A DNA stretch of 64,000 bases, taken from positions 124,001-188,000 of the forward strand of contig JABVCE010000025.1 of NCBI GenBank assembly GCA_014905635.1, in the 5' to 3' direction. Positions 33,579-45,534 of the stretch are shown here, one piece after another. Source of the stretch: Scenedesmus sp. PABB004 (lineage: Eukaryota). The notes under the pieces are model-generated. The model was not told where the DNA came from and searched no databases. It saw nothing but the letters and a program-made list of their open reading frames with translations. Within the stretch, counting starts at the first letter, position 1. Every line of letters begins with the position of its first letter. Made by a program: the position numbers and the translations under genes.

Positions 33579-35347
33579 TCAGACGTGCTCCACGGTGGCC
33601 ATGTTGAGCGCCGCCGGCACCGACGCGCCGCCGGCGTCCCTGCCGCGGATGATCTCGACGTCCAGCACATCCCTGCGCGGCGCGGCGCGGCGCGCGCGGC
33701 GGCGCGTGAGCGCGCGCCGACGTGCGCAGGCGAGCCCCGCCTCGCGCGGAGCGACGCTCACCGCCGCAGCACCTCCTGCAGCTGCCGCAGCCCCTCCACG
33801 TGCTCCTTGAGCACGCCGAAGAGCTGCGCCAGGCTGGCCTCGTCGAGGCGCGCGCCGTCGCCGCCGCCGCCGGGCGCGGCGCCGCTGCTCGCGCGCAGGC
33901 GGCACGCCGCGGCGAGCGCGTCGAGGCGGCGCTGCAGGCCCGCGGGGCTGGTCGGCGAGAGCTGGGCCTCGATGACGTCCAGCGCCCGCGACAGGCCCGC
34001 CTCCTTGCCGCGCGACAGCTCGCCCCTGCGCCGCGGCGGCGGCGCGCGGTGCGCGGCGCCCACGGGTCGAGGGGCGCGGCCGGCACGTGCCGCGCGGCGG
34101 CGCACGCGGCGCGTCGCTGCGCGGAGCAGGCAGGACCACCGGCCCGGGCGCGCGCACCGCATGCCCATGTAGTTGGCCAGCCGCCCCTCCAGCCCGTCCA
34201 CGTGCCGCGCGACCGCGAGCAGGCGGTTGGACAGCTCCACGTGCTGCGCGCGCGCCGCCGCGACGCGCGACGCGACCTCGGTCGCCTGCCGCTGCGCGAG
34301 CTTGTACGCGACGTCGCGCAGCTGGCTCAGGCGCTGCCGGTTCTCCGCGAGCGCCGCCGCCTGCGCCTGGCCGCGCTTCAGCAGGTCCTCAAACCCCGCG
34401 GCCGGCACCGGCCACAGCCTGCGCGCGCACGCGCACGCGCAAGAGGTGCAGCGCGGGGCGGGCGGTGAGCGCGAGCGCGCGCCGAGGCGCCGCGCCGTGC
34501 CGGTGCCCCGCCGCGCCGCGCGCCGCGCGCCGCGCGCCGCGCGGGCGCGCCTGTCGGGGTTGTCCGGCCCGCCCGCGTCGCGCAGCGCCTGCTTCCAGCT
34601 GAGCTCGTCGGACACCGACGGCGGCTTGACGCGCTGCGCGGGGTTGTCCACGACGTTGAGGAAGAGGTGCTGGAAGCGGAACGCCGGCGCGCCCGGCATG
34701 TAAGCACACGCGACGCCCTCGAGCTCGCGCTTCACTGCCTCGGTGCTGCCCGCGCCGTACGCGAGCGGCGACAGCGCGCCGCCCGGCGCGCCCGCCGCGG
34801 CGGGCGCCGCGCCCGCCGCCGGCGCGAGCGCGCCGAAGACGCCGCCGGCGGGCGCGCCGGCCGCGGCGGGCGCGCCGAAGAGGCTCGGCGCGCTCGCCGC
34901 CGCGGCGGGCTGGGAGAAGAGGCTGCCAAAGGTGCTGCCGCCCGCGGCGGCGCTGGACGCGCCGGGCACGCTGAAGCTGAACGCGCCGCCGCTCGCCGCA
35001 GCGCTCGACGCGCCAAACAGGGACGGGCTGGACGCGGCGGGCGCGCCAAAGGGGCTGCTCGCCGCGCCAAACGCGGGCGCGCTCGCCGGCGCGCCGAAGA
35101 GGCTCGGCGTCGACGACGCCGCGCCAAAGGCGCCGCCGCTGCTCGCGCCGCCAAAGGGGCTGGGCGCGGCGGTGGCGGCGCCGAAGCTGAAGCCGCCGGT
35201 GCTCGCGGCGGGCGCGCCGAAGGGCGACGGCGCCTGCGCGGCGCGGCGCGGCGGTGCGTCGGTCGCTGCCGCGCCTTCTCTGCCGCGCCTGCGGGGAGCC
35301 GCCTCCCCGCCAGGCCCCGCGAGCGCGCGCACCTGGCCGAACGCCAT
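33579..35347 (-). CDS. NUP54: Nucleoporin Nup54, 5 exons
   Basis: N-terminal FG repeats (SPFG, SLFG, AFG). FRFQHLFLNVV, WKQAL, PDNPDR|LWPVPAAGFEDLLKR, followed by coiled coils. Confidence 0.88.
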
Positions 35348-35891
35348 CGCGCGCGGGCCGCGGCGGCGCCGCTGCTGCTGCCGAGCGCGCGCCGCGCCGC
35401 CGGCTGCCGCCTGTGTGCTGCCGCTGGCTGTGCGGGTGCAAGGGCGTGCTGGTAAGACTGAGCGGCAAACGGGAGGCCGATCGGGCAGCGGCTGCGGGCG
35501 CCCTGGCGCGAGCGGGAGGGGGGCAGGCCGAACTGATCAGCCCGAGTGCGCAGCGTGCGGCGGCTCCCCGCAGCGGGCGTGGACCGTGGTGGCGCTGCGG
35601 TCGCTGCTGGCGCGGGGGCGGGTGCTGCTCCAAGACCGCTCAACCGCACTGACGCTGTTCGGGCGGCGGCGAACGGTTGAGCGGCTCAACTTGAGCCCCG
35701 CCGCGCGGCGCCGAACGCGGGAGGGCTGCTCCTGCAGCGCCACAAAGCAGCAGGCCGCTACAACCAACAGGCGCAGCTCGCCCGCCGCCGCCACCGCTGC
35801 CGCCGACGTCGCTGCCGCTGCTGCTGCTTCGCGCGCGCTCGCTGATAGCCGGCGGCCATGGCCACGTGAGCGTGCAGGCACGCTCCCCCAG

Positions 35892-38800
35892 ATGCAGCAG
35901 CTGCAGGCCCGGCGCGGCCTGGCGGCGGCCTGGCGCCGCCGCACGGCGCTGCGGCCGCAGCGCGGCGCCGCGGTCGTCGTGCGCGCCAGCAGCAGCCCGT
36001 TCAAGGTTCGCCTGCTGCACCCCGTGCGCCCGCTGCCCGACGGCGAGACGCGGCCGCTGCTGCTGTTCCTGCCGGGCACGGACGGCACCGGGCAGGCCAT
36101 CACGCCCCAGCTCCCCGGCCTCCTCACGGCGGGCTACGACGTCCGGTGAGCGCCGCGCCGCGGCCGCGGCGGCGCGCGCAGCGCGGCGCACCGTGGCTGA
36201 CGGCCGTGCGCCGCCGCGGCAGGACGCTGTACATCCCCTCGGACGACCGCAGCGGCTGGGAGCAGCTGCAGGCCCAAGTGCTCTACCTCATCGCCACGCT
36301 GCTCGGCGGCCGGCCGCCGGGGCCGCACAGCGCGCAGCTCACGCTCGTCGCGGAGTCGTTCGGCGGGTGCCTCGCGCTGCGCCTCGCGGCCGCGGCGCCG
36401 CAGCTGTTCAAGGGTGCGCGCGCGCCGCGGCCCCGTGCCGGGGCCGCGCGCCGCGCCGCCGCGCCGCCGCGCCGAGCGCCCCTCCTCCGCGCCCCTCGCC
36501 GCCCGTGCGCAGCGCTGGTGCTGCTCAACCCCGCGACGTCTTACAACCAGAGCCTCAGCGGCCTCAGCGCGTTCGTGTCATCGACCAACCTGCTCGGCCT
36601 GTTCCCGCAGAGCCTCTACAACACCGCGCAGGCGAGGGACGAGGGGCGGCCGCCCCGTCCCGGCTGCTGCCGCCGCAGCCGCCGCGCCGCTGCCGCCGCC
36701 GCAGCCGCGCGGCCGGACGCGCCGCGCCGTGCGAGAGCCCCCCGCGCTCACGCCGCCGCGGCTCGGGCGCGGGCGCGCGCAGGCGGTGCTGATGCCGCTC
36801 CTGGTCGACGTCGACCGCGTGGGCGACACGGGCGCTGCGGCGCTGCGGTCGATGATCATGATGGACCCGCCGCCAGACTACGAGGCCCTGGACGAGGCGG
36901 CGGCGGACGACGACGAGCAGGACGCGACCGCGCTCACGATCGCCGCGGAGCGCCGCCGCCGGCAGACGACCAGCAGCGCCGCGTTCTCGACGTCGGGGAC
37001 CGGCGGCGCGCGCCCCGCGTCGCCCGGCGCGCCGGTCGCGGTCGGCGGCGGCCCGCGCCTCGGCGCGGGCGGGCGCGGCCGCGGCCGCGTGACCGGCGCG
37101 GCCGGCGCGGCGGGGCTCTTCACGCCCGCGGCCGGCACGGGCGCGCCGGGCAGCAGCATCTTTGCCCCGGCGGCGGCGGCCAACTTCCGGTCCAACCTGC
37201 TGCGCACCGGCAACCTGCCCGACGCGACGCTGCGGCGCATCGCGGTGCCGGCCCTCGTCATCTGCAGCGCCAAAGACCGCATGCTGCCGAGCATCACCGA
37301 GGGTGCGCGCGCGGCGGGCAGAGGCGCGCCGGGGCGCGGCGGCGGCAGCAGCACTGCTGCGTGGCGCGGCGGCGGCGCGGCGCCGGCGCGGCGGCGCGCG
37401 GCCGACCCCCGCGCGCGCGGCCCGCGCCCGTCCGCCGCAGGCGCGCGGCTGACGCGGCTGCTGCCCAACAGCCGGCGCGTGATCCTGCCGGACAGCGGCC
37501 ACGCGGCGCTGCTGGAGCAGGGCATGGACCTGGCCGCCGTCATGCGCGGCAGCGGCATCACGCCCACCGCGGTCGGCCCGACGGCGGCCAAGCCAGGCGC
37601 CAAGCCGGGCGCCGCGGGTGCCGCCGCCGCCCCCGCCGCCGCCGCAGCAGCAGCAGCAGGCGGTGCGCGCCGGGCCGCGCAGCAGCCGGCCCTGCTGGGC
37701 GTGTCGGGTGCCGGCGCCGCGCTGCCGCAGCGCTCGGCGACGGTCTTCCCCGCGTCGTCGGCGGTCGCGGTCCCGGTGCAGCAGCCCGCGGCGGCGGCGG
37801 GCGGCGGCGAGGGCGGCGGCCAGCGCGCGCGCACCGCGCCGGCTGCGGCAGCAGCCGCGCCCGCTGCCGCCGGCGCCGGCGCCGCGGCTGGCGGCGTCGC
37901 GGCAGCCACCGGCGGCAACGCGCCGGCGGAGCAGCAGGCGGAGGAGGGCGACGGCGCGGGCAAGGACCTCGCGTGGGACGAGTGGGCGCAGGTGCTGCAG
38001 CCGTGGCGGGACCTCGTCTCGCCCGTGCTCCTCGGCCAGGAACACCTCCCCGCGCTCGTCAGCAGCGGGCGGCCGCTGCTGTTCGTCGGCCCCCACGGCA
38101 AAATGGGTGCGCCGCAAGCCGCTCGCGCGCGCGCGCTCGGCGTGCCGCGTGCACGTGCGCGCCTGCCCGACGCGGGCGCGCTGCGCCGACGCCGCGGGGC
38201 CGGCCGGGTCCTGCACGCCGCACCCGCAGGCCTCTACGACATGCCCCTGCTCACGTATGAGCTCTACATGCGCGGCTTCAAGGCGCGCGGCGCGGCGCGG
38301 CGGCGCGGCGCAGCACGGCGCGCCTCGCGCGTCACGCTGCCGCCCCGCCCGCGCCGCGCAGGTCCGCGGCCTCGCACACCCAAGCCACTGGGGCGGCCCG
38401 CTGGGCCCCTTCTTTGAGCAGTTTGGCGCGGTGCCTGCGGGGCCGCTCACAGCCTTCAAGCTGCTCAAGCGCGGCGAGCAGGTCAGGGTCTGCCGTTGAT
38501 GCACGGCGGCGCGGCAGCACGCACAACACCGCGCCTCGCCTCAAAACCCCGCGCCGCCGCGCAGGTGCTGCTCTTCCCCGGCGGCGCGCGCGAGGTCAAC
38601 AAGCGCGTCGGCGACGACCACACCCTGCTCTGGCGCGACGCGCCCGACTTTGTGCGGCTCGCGGCACGCTGCGGCGCGGTGGTAGTGCCGTTTGCGGCGG
38701 TCGGCGCCGACGACGCGTTTAACGTGGCGATGGAGGTGGACGAGCTGCTCGCGGCGCCGCTGCTCGGTGACCTGGTCAAGGTGCGTGCGTCTGTCTGTCT

Positions 38801-39632
38801 GTGTCTGCTTGTGTGTGCATGTGCACCCCGTGTGACGGGTTTCCAGCGGCGCACCGCAGCGCGCGCGGCCGCGGGCCACACGCCGAGCGCGCCGCGCGGC
38901 CGCCCGCCCCGCGCCGCGTCGCCGCGTCGGCCGCAGGGCGCGCTGCGGCGCGTCGACCCGGCGCTCGACCCGCGCGAGGCGGCCCTGCCGCTCACGCGCC
39001 TGCCGGGCACGCCGCTGCCAACGCTGGTGCCCATCCCCAACCTGCAGGCGCGCCGCCGCGTCACGCCGCCGCGGCCGCTGCGGGCCCCCCTGCCGCTCGT
39101 GCGCTCACGCGCCCCGGCGCCGCCGCGCTCTCTCGGTGCGACGCCGCTGCGCCCCCTGCCTCCCCTCCCGCCCCTGCGCAGCGGCTTTACTTCAAGATCT
39201 GCCAGCCCGTCGACATGGCCACCCTGGGCCTGGGGGACGGCCGCCGCGGCGACGCGCGCTGGCAGGAGGTGTATGATGACATCAGGGCCACCGGTGCGCG
39301 CTATGGCACCGCGAGCAGGGCGTGGAGGGCGGGCGGGGCAGGGCAGGCGGCACGTTTTGCGCGCCGCCGCCGCGGGGCGCAAGGCGCGGCGCCCGCCGAG
39401 CGCGCGCCGCCGCGCCCGCCGCGCCGCAGTGGTCGCAGGCATGGAGGAGCTGCAGGCGGTGCGCGCGGCGGACGACCAGCGCGACGTGCGCGCGCGCCTG
39501 TCCAAGGCCTGGAACAGCTGGCTGCCCGCCTTTGACATCGCCGGCCAGCGCGCCGCCGGCACCAGCGGCAGTGGCGACGCGGGCGGCGGCGGCGGCGCGG
39601 CGAGCCCGCCGGGCGACCGCGACGGCGCCTAG
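35892..39632 (+). CDS. Phytyl ester synthase / ELT-family alpha/beta-hydrolase plus DAGAT acyltransferase, plastid-targeted, 11 exons
   Basis: PLLLFLPGTDGTG, nucleophile AESFGGCLAL, LVLLNPATS, DRMLPS, DSGHAALLE. Acyltransferase half: PLLFVGPH, VRGLAHP, LLFPGGAREV, FVRLAA, VPFAAVGADD, RLYF. TAG 39630-39632. Confidence 0.88.
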
Positions 39633-39965
39633 GACGCATCTAGTCGCGAACCTCGAGCCGCTCATTGCTTTTCACGAGCGCGGTCATGCGCGGTTTTGTG
39701 CTGCGGCCGCCGGGGCTGGCGCGCTTTTGATTTGTGGGCGCCAGACGGCGAGCTGCCCGCGCCGGCGCCCTGTGGCGGGGGCGGGTCGGCGCGCGCGCGC
39801 GGGATTACCTCGCCCCGCGCAGCTGCGCCTGCAGCCGCGCTTGGAACTCGCCGACCGACGGCCGCGCCCCTCCGCGCCCCTCCGCGCCCCGCCCCAGCAC
39901 ACGCGAACGCCCTCCCCTCCCCCCCCCGCGCGGAGCACCGCACCCGCGCTCACGCGCGCGCGCGC

Positions 39966-41416
39966 TCACACGCGCGCGGCGGCCTTCTGCAGGCCCTGCA
40001 CGAGGTAGAGCTTGGCCATGCCCTTCTCGGCCGCGCCGGAGAGCAGGTCGCAGTAGCCCGCGATCTGGCTCGTCGCGAGGTAAGTGTCGAGCGCCGACGG
40101 CTCGGGGATGGGCTTGAAGAGCACCGGGTCCTCCTCCGGCAGCGCCTCCTCGCCCGCCGCGCGGCGCGCGATGTTCTCCTGCCGCCGCTTCTGCAGCCAC
40201 GCCGCGATCTGCTGCTGCTGGCGCGCTGAGTTGCGGTGGTACATCGACACCTGCGCGGCGGGCGGGGGGTCGGCGGGCGGGGGGTCGGCGGCTGCGCGCC
40301 GCGCGCGTCCCCGCCCCCGCGCGTCCCCGTCCCCGCGCGCGGCCTCGCGCCGCCGCGGCGCACCGCACCTTGCCCTGCTCCGCGAGCAGGTCGTCCATGC
40401 ACTCAATCAAGCTGCTCATCGTCTTGGCCATGTAGGGCGCGTTGGAGAGGCTCAGGCGCTCGAGGTCGCCCGCGGTCGCGCCGCTCGGGGGCGCGATGTC
40501 CGCGATGAGCGCCTGCGCGAGGCTGCTGTTGTGGATCTTGATCGGCACCTCCACAAACACGTCGCGCCAGCCCACGCCCGCCTCGCGCAGGTCCTTGCCT
40601 GCGGCGGCGCGGCGCGCGCGGGGCGCGTCGGCCCGCCGCCGCGCCGCGGCGCCCGCCGCCGCCCTCCCGGCTCTCCGCCTCGCCCCAACCAGCTCCCCGC
40701 GCCCCCTGAACGTGCGCCCCCGCGCGCGGCCCTGCGCACACGCCCCGCGCGGCCCGCCGCCGCGCCGGCGCACCGGCGAGCTTCTGGTCCTTGTAGAGCT
40801 GAATGAAGGCGTCCTTGAGCCGCACCGCGCGCAGCGCGACCGCGCCGCGCGCGGCGCGCTGGGGGTCGTACACGATGCACACGCACTTCTTGATCGAGTC
40901 GTGGTAGCTGATGAACGTCTCGATCATCTCCTGCGTCTGGTAGCTCCCCAGCACGCTGCTCTGGTACCAGCCGACGGTGTTGTTGTCGACGTTGACCTCG
41001 CGCAGGCAGCGCATCATGTCGAGCTGGTAGCTCCCCGCCGCCGCGTCGGCGTCGTCCTCCGCGCTCTGCGAGAGAGGGGGCGGCGCGGGGGGAGCGTGGG
41101 CGCGGGGAGCGTGGGCGCGGGCGCGGGCGCCGCGCGCGGGCGCTGCGGCTGCGCCAGCCGCCGCCGCTGCGTCGCGCGGTGCGCTGCCGCCGCCCGCCGC
41201 CGCCGCGCGTGGCGCGCGCACCGGGAAGGGGAAGCAGTCGGTGACCTCCATGGTCTGCCCCACGTCGAGGCCGAGCAGCTGGCCCGTGACGATGTGCGGC
41301 AGCGCGGAGTCGCAGTGCTGCTGGATTTTGAGCACCGCCTGGCCGTCCAGCTGCACCGTCTTCAGCACCGTCTCCTTCACCTCCTTGGGCTTGAGCATGT
41401 CCGCCATGGACGCCAT
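39966..41416 (-). CDS. eIF3h: Eukaryotic translation initiation factor 3 subunit H, 4 exons
   Basis: MPN domain GQLLGLDVGQTMEVTDCFPFP, YQLDMMRCLREVNVDNNTVGWYQS, KRRQENIARRAAGEEALPEEDP. Confidence 0.96.
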
Positions 41417-42013
41417 GGCGGCGTGCGGGGGCCGCCGATTGGCGGTGCTGATGAGCCTGCTGCTCCGGGCGGCGGCTGGCGCGAGGGCCCGCCCGGCGCG
41501 CGATCCGCGGGCGCGCTGTCGAGCGCGAGCGGCGGAGGGGAGAGGCCTGGCGCAGGGGCGCGGCCGGGCGGCGCGGTGATGGCCGGCGGTGGCGGGCGGC
41601 GGGGGTGCGCGCGCGTGCGGCTGCGGTGCGCGGTGTGGTGGGGCGTGCTGTGGACAAGAGCTCTGTGTGCCGCGAAGGCGCTGCTGTTCGACTGCTGAAC
41701 CCGCTCGAGCTCCAAGCCGCCGTCGCGCGACGCCCTCTCGACGCCCTCTCGATCGTGCTGATCAGCTCAAGGACCGCTCGCACGACGCACGCACGCGCCT
41801 CTCGCTGCTGCCGCTGCCCTGCGCTCCATCTGTCCCGCCCCTGCCTCAACAGCGTGCCCGCTCGCCCGGGCCGGCGTCGGGACCGGCTGCCAACCCTCTC
41901 GCTGCAGAGGCCCCGCCGGAGGCCGCCGCACGCAGCACAGCCGTGCCGCCGGGCCGCGCAGCAGCAGCAGCGCCGCCAACCGCCGCCGGCGCGCGCCGGG
42001 GAAGCCGCGCACT

Positions 42014-43581
42014 ATGGCGCGGGCGGCGCCGATCGCCCTGGGCCTCGCCCTCCTCGCCCTCGCCGGCGCCGCGGGCGCCGTGCCGGACAAGCGGGTGCGG
42101 CGCGGCCGCGGGCGGCGCCGGCGCGGCGCGGCGCGCGCGCCGATCCGATCGGGCGCGGCGCGCCGACGCGCGCCCCGCGCGCGCGCGCCCGCCGCCGCGC
42201 GCGCCGCCCAGGTGGCGGAGCTGGTGCGCCGCCGCGACGCGGCGCGCGACGCGGTGCTCGTCTTTTCGTCGGCCGACTTTGACGAGTTTGCGGCCGCGCC
42301 GGGGCGGGACTACCACCTCATGTTCTTCCTCAACGCCAACTACATGGCCAAGAACGCCCAGATGAACCTGCCCAAGCTGCGCGCCGAGTACGCGCTCGCC
42401 GCGCAGGTGCGCGCTGCGGCGCGGCGCGGCGTGCGGCGCGCGCGGCGGCGGGGCGCGCGGCGGCGGCAGGGCGCCGCGGCAGCTGCAGCGGCGGCGCTGG
42501 CGGCGGCAGCAGCGGCGGCCGCAGCGGCGGCGGCAGCGGGCGTGCGGCAGGCGCGCGCATCCCGCCCACCCGCCCGCACCCTGCCCCGCCCGTCCCCGCG
42601 CGCGCGCGCGCGCGCGCGCGCAGGCGTTCCGGCGCGGCCCCGACGCGGACCGCATCTTCTTTGTTGAGCTCATCTTTGAGCGCACCAAGGACGTGATTAA
42701 GCGCCTCGGCGTCAACTCCCTGCCCTTTGCCTTCCACTGGGACCCCGCCGCGGTTGTCAAGGAGGGGCGCAGCATCAAGCTCGCCAAGACGAGCGAGGTG
42801 CGCGCGCGCGCGCGCGCGCGCCGCGCCGCGCCGCCGCCTGTCGGACGTGGCGCGCCCCGCCGCTCCGCGGAGCGCGACGCGGCGGCCCGCTGCCGCTGGC
42901 CGCGCGCCGACCGCGCGCCGCCCGCCCGCCCGCCCGCCCGCCCGCCCGCCCGCCCGCCGGCCCGCCCGCCCGCCCGCCCGCCCGCCCGCCCGCCACCGCC
43001 GCGCCGCCGCCGCCGCCGCTGCACAGTGCGCGCCGCGCATCCAGGCGTACCCGTGGCCCGCTGAGGACATCGTGCGCTGCGCGGCCGACACGAGCGGCCT
43101 GTCCGGCGGCGAGGTCGACCGCCCGAGCGTCCTCAAGCACCCGCTCTTCCCGCTGCTCGTGCTGGCCGTGATCGTCTTTGGCGGCGCCGCGGCGTGGAAG
43201 CTCTACTGCTCGCCGCTCGTGCGCATCACGGGGCTGTGGGCGCTCGGCGCGCTCGGCGTGTACTGGTTCTCCACGAGCGGCGGCATGTACAACATCATCC
43301 GCGGCATGCCCCTGTACTACACCAACCAGCAGGGCAAGACGATCTGGTGGATGGAGGGCCGCAGCGGCCAGCTCGGCGCCGAGGGCTTCCTCATGGGCTC
43401 CTCCTACATCTTCTTCTCAGCGACGCTCGCGAGCCTCAGCTACGTCGTGCCGCGCATCCGCTCCGACGGCGGCCGCGCGGTCACGAGCCTCGTGCTCGTG
43501 CTGCTCAGCGCGTTTGCCGCGATGCGCATCCTCGCGACCTACCAGGGCAAGACGGGCATCTCGATGCGCACGTTCTTCTAG
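42014..43581 (+). CDS. OST3: Oligosaccharyltransferase subunit OST3/OST6 (MAGT1/TUSC3 family), 4 exons
   Basis: Signal peptide, thioredoxin-like lumenal part (RDYHLMFFLNA; LGVNSLP), then TM region with FSTSGGMYNIIRGMP and GQLGAEGFLMG. TAG 43579-43581. Confidence 0.9.
42920..42992. repeat. (CCGC)n tetranucleotide microsatellite in OST3 intron 3
   Basis: Directly visible. Confidence 0.9.
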
Positions 43582-44389
43582 CGATGCGCGTGCGGACGCG
43601 GGCGGACGCGGGCGGCGGGCCGGCGCGGGGGCGGGACGGGCGCGCGGCGGCGGCCGAGGGGCGGGGGCGCGCGCGCGCGCGCGCCGGCCGCGCGGGTGGT
43701 GTGGTGTGTGACCGCCGGTCCACTGAGGCAGGCCGCCGCCCTGCAAGCACGCGCGCGCGGACGACGACGCAGCCGCCGCGTCGTGCGGCGGCGCAGCGGC
43801 GGTGCGCGGCGGTTTGCGCCGCCGAGCTGCTGGAGCGGTCGCGCACTGCTCCCCCACCTCACACGACGGGCCCGATCGCTCCCCCGCGACCCGCAGCCAG
43901 CGGCGCGCGCGGCAGCGCCCACGCACCCGACCACGCTCGCGCGCGCCTGCGCGGGCGGCCAGTGGCAGCGAGCCCGCACCAGCATTGGGGCGCCCGCGGC
44001 CGGCGGGCGCAGCAGCGCGAGGGCGCACGCCGACGCGCATCAATCAGGACGCCTCGGCCGACGCAGGCGCGCCCGGGCGCGGCAGGTGAGCCTCGCGCGG
44101 AGTCCCTCGGCGACGGCGCGCGCGTTGGCAGCCGCGCCGGCCGCCCTGGTGGCGTAGGCGCGGAGGAGGGCTGTGGTGGGCGCGCGCACCGCCGCGCCCG
44201 CCGCCCGCGGAGGCCGGCTGGCGCCCAGGCCGGCTCCAGCGCGCGCCGACGCTGCGCGTCGTCGCCCCGGGCCGCCGCAGGCGCCATGCAGTGAGCGCGC
44301 GGCCGCGCCAGGCCGCGCCATGGAGCCGCACCAGCAGCAGCGCGGCCGACCAGTAGCGACGAGCTGATCGCCCGGCCGCACGACGCGCC

Positions 44390-45318
44390 ATGGCGGTCAA
44401 GAAGACCAAATCGGGCAAGGGCAAGCCCGGCAAGAGCACGGGCAAGAAGCCCAGCCCCGCGGCGGTGCGTGCGGCGGCTGCGGGCGCTGCTGCGCGCCGC
44501 CGCGCGCCGCCGCGCGGCGGCGCCCGGCGGCGCTGGGCGATTGGGCCGGCCCGCGGCACTGCGCCGCGGCGGCGTGCTCACGCGCGCCCGCGCCGCGCAC
44601 GCGCCGGCGCAGAAGGAGGAGGGCGGCAAGGATGCGCCGGCGTTCAACCCGGCCGAGCGCGTGGCAGCGGTGCGGCCGATGTGGGAGCAGCGGGGGCACG
44701 ACGAGCGCGTCGAGCTGCTCACGGTGGACCTCGACACGCTGCGCCTCACGGCGGAGCGGCAGCGCCTGCACGCGGGTGCGCTGCGGGGCCGGCCGCTGCG
44801 GCCGCGGCAGCGCCGGCGCTGCGGCGGCGGCGGCGGCCCGAGCAAGCAACGGCGGCGGCAGCCCCGCGGCCGGCGCGCGCGCCGCCGACGCCCGCGCCGC
44901 CGCGCCGCCGCGCCCCGCGCCGCGCCGACTCGCAGCGGGGGAGGGCGGCGAGCTCGCGGAGTTTGCCGTGCTGGACGTGCCGCTGGAGGACGTGCTGTCG
45001 GAGGGGCTGCGCCGGCTGAACACCAAGGGCACCTGGAAGGTGTGGACGTTTGAGGGGCACGAGTTTTACGACGCCGACGCCTTCCGCGCGCACCTCAGCG
45101 GCGCCGTGCTGCGGCCCGAGCTCGTGCACCTGCTGCCCAAGGACGACCCCAAGGGCAGCGAGCGCCCCGCCGAGGCGGCGCTGCGGCAGCGCATGACCGA
45201 CCTGCTCGCGAGCGTGCAGCTTGCGGGCCGCGGCGCGGCCGAGGAGGGCGGCGCCGGCGCCGGCTCGAGCGGCGGCGGCGGCGGTTCGGGCGGCGGCGGC
45301 CGCGGGCGGCGCGCCAAG

Positions 45319-45349
<31 letters not shown>

Positions 45350-45499
45350 CGCTCGCGCGCGACGGCCAGGTGGAGGCGATCAGCACGATGCTGGAGGCGC
45401 TGGAGCGGGAGCACGAGCACCTCTACCAGAGCCTGCTGCGCCCCATCACCGCCTTTGTCTGCGACATGCTGCCGGTGAGCCCCGCCGGCGGCGCGGCGC

Positions 45500-45534
<35 letters not shown>

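Noticed and set aside
43582..44389. Longest gene-free gaps (also 54704..55504) as hidden genes or ncRNAs
   Set aside because: No coding-like motifs, splice pattern or recognisable RNA structure; consistent with UTR plus promoter. I cannot exclude an ncRNA without a covariance search.
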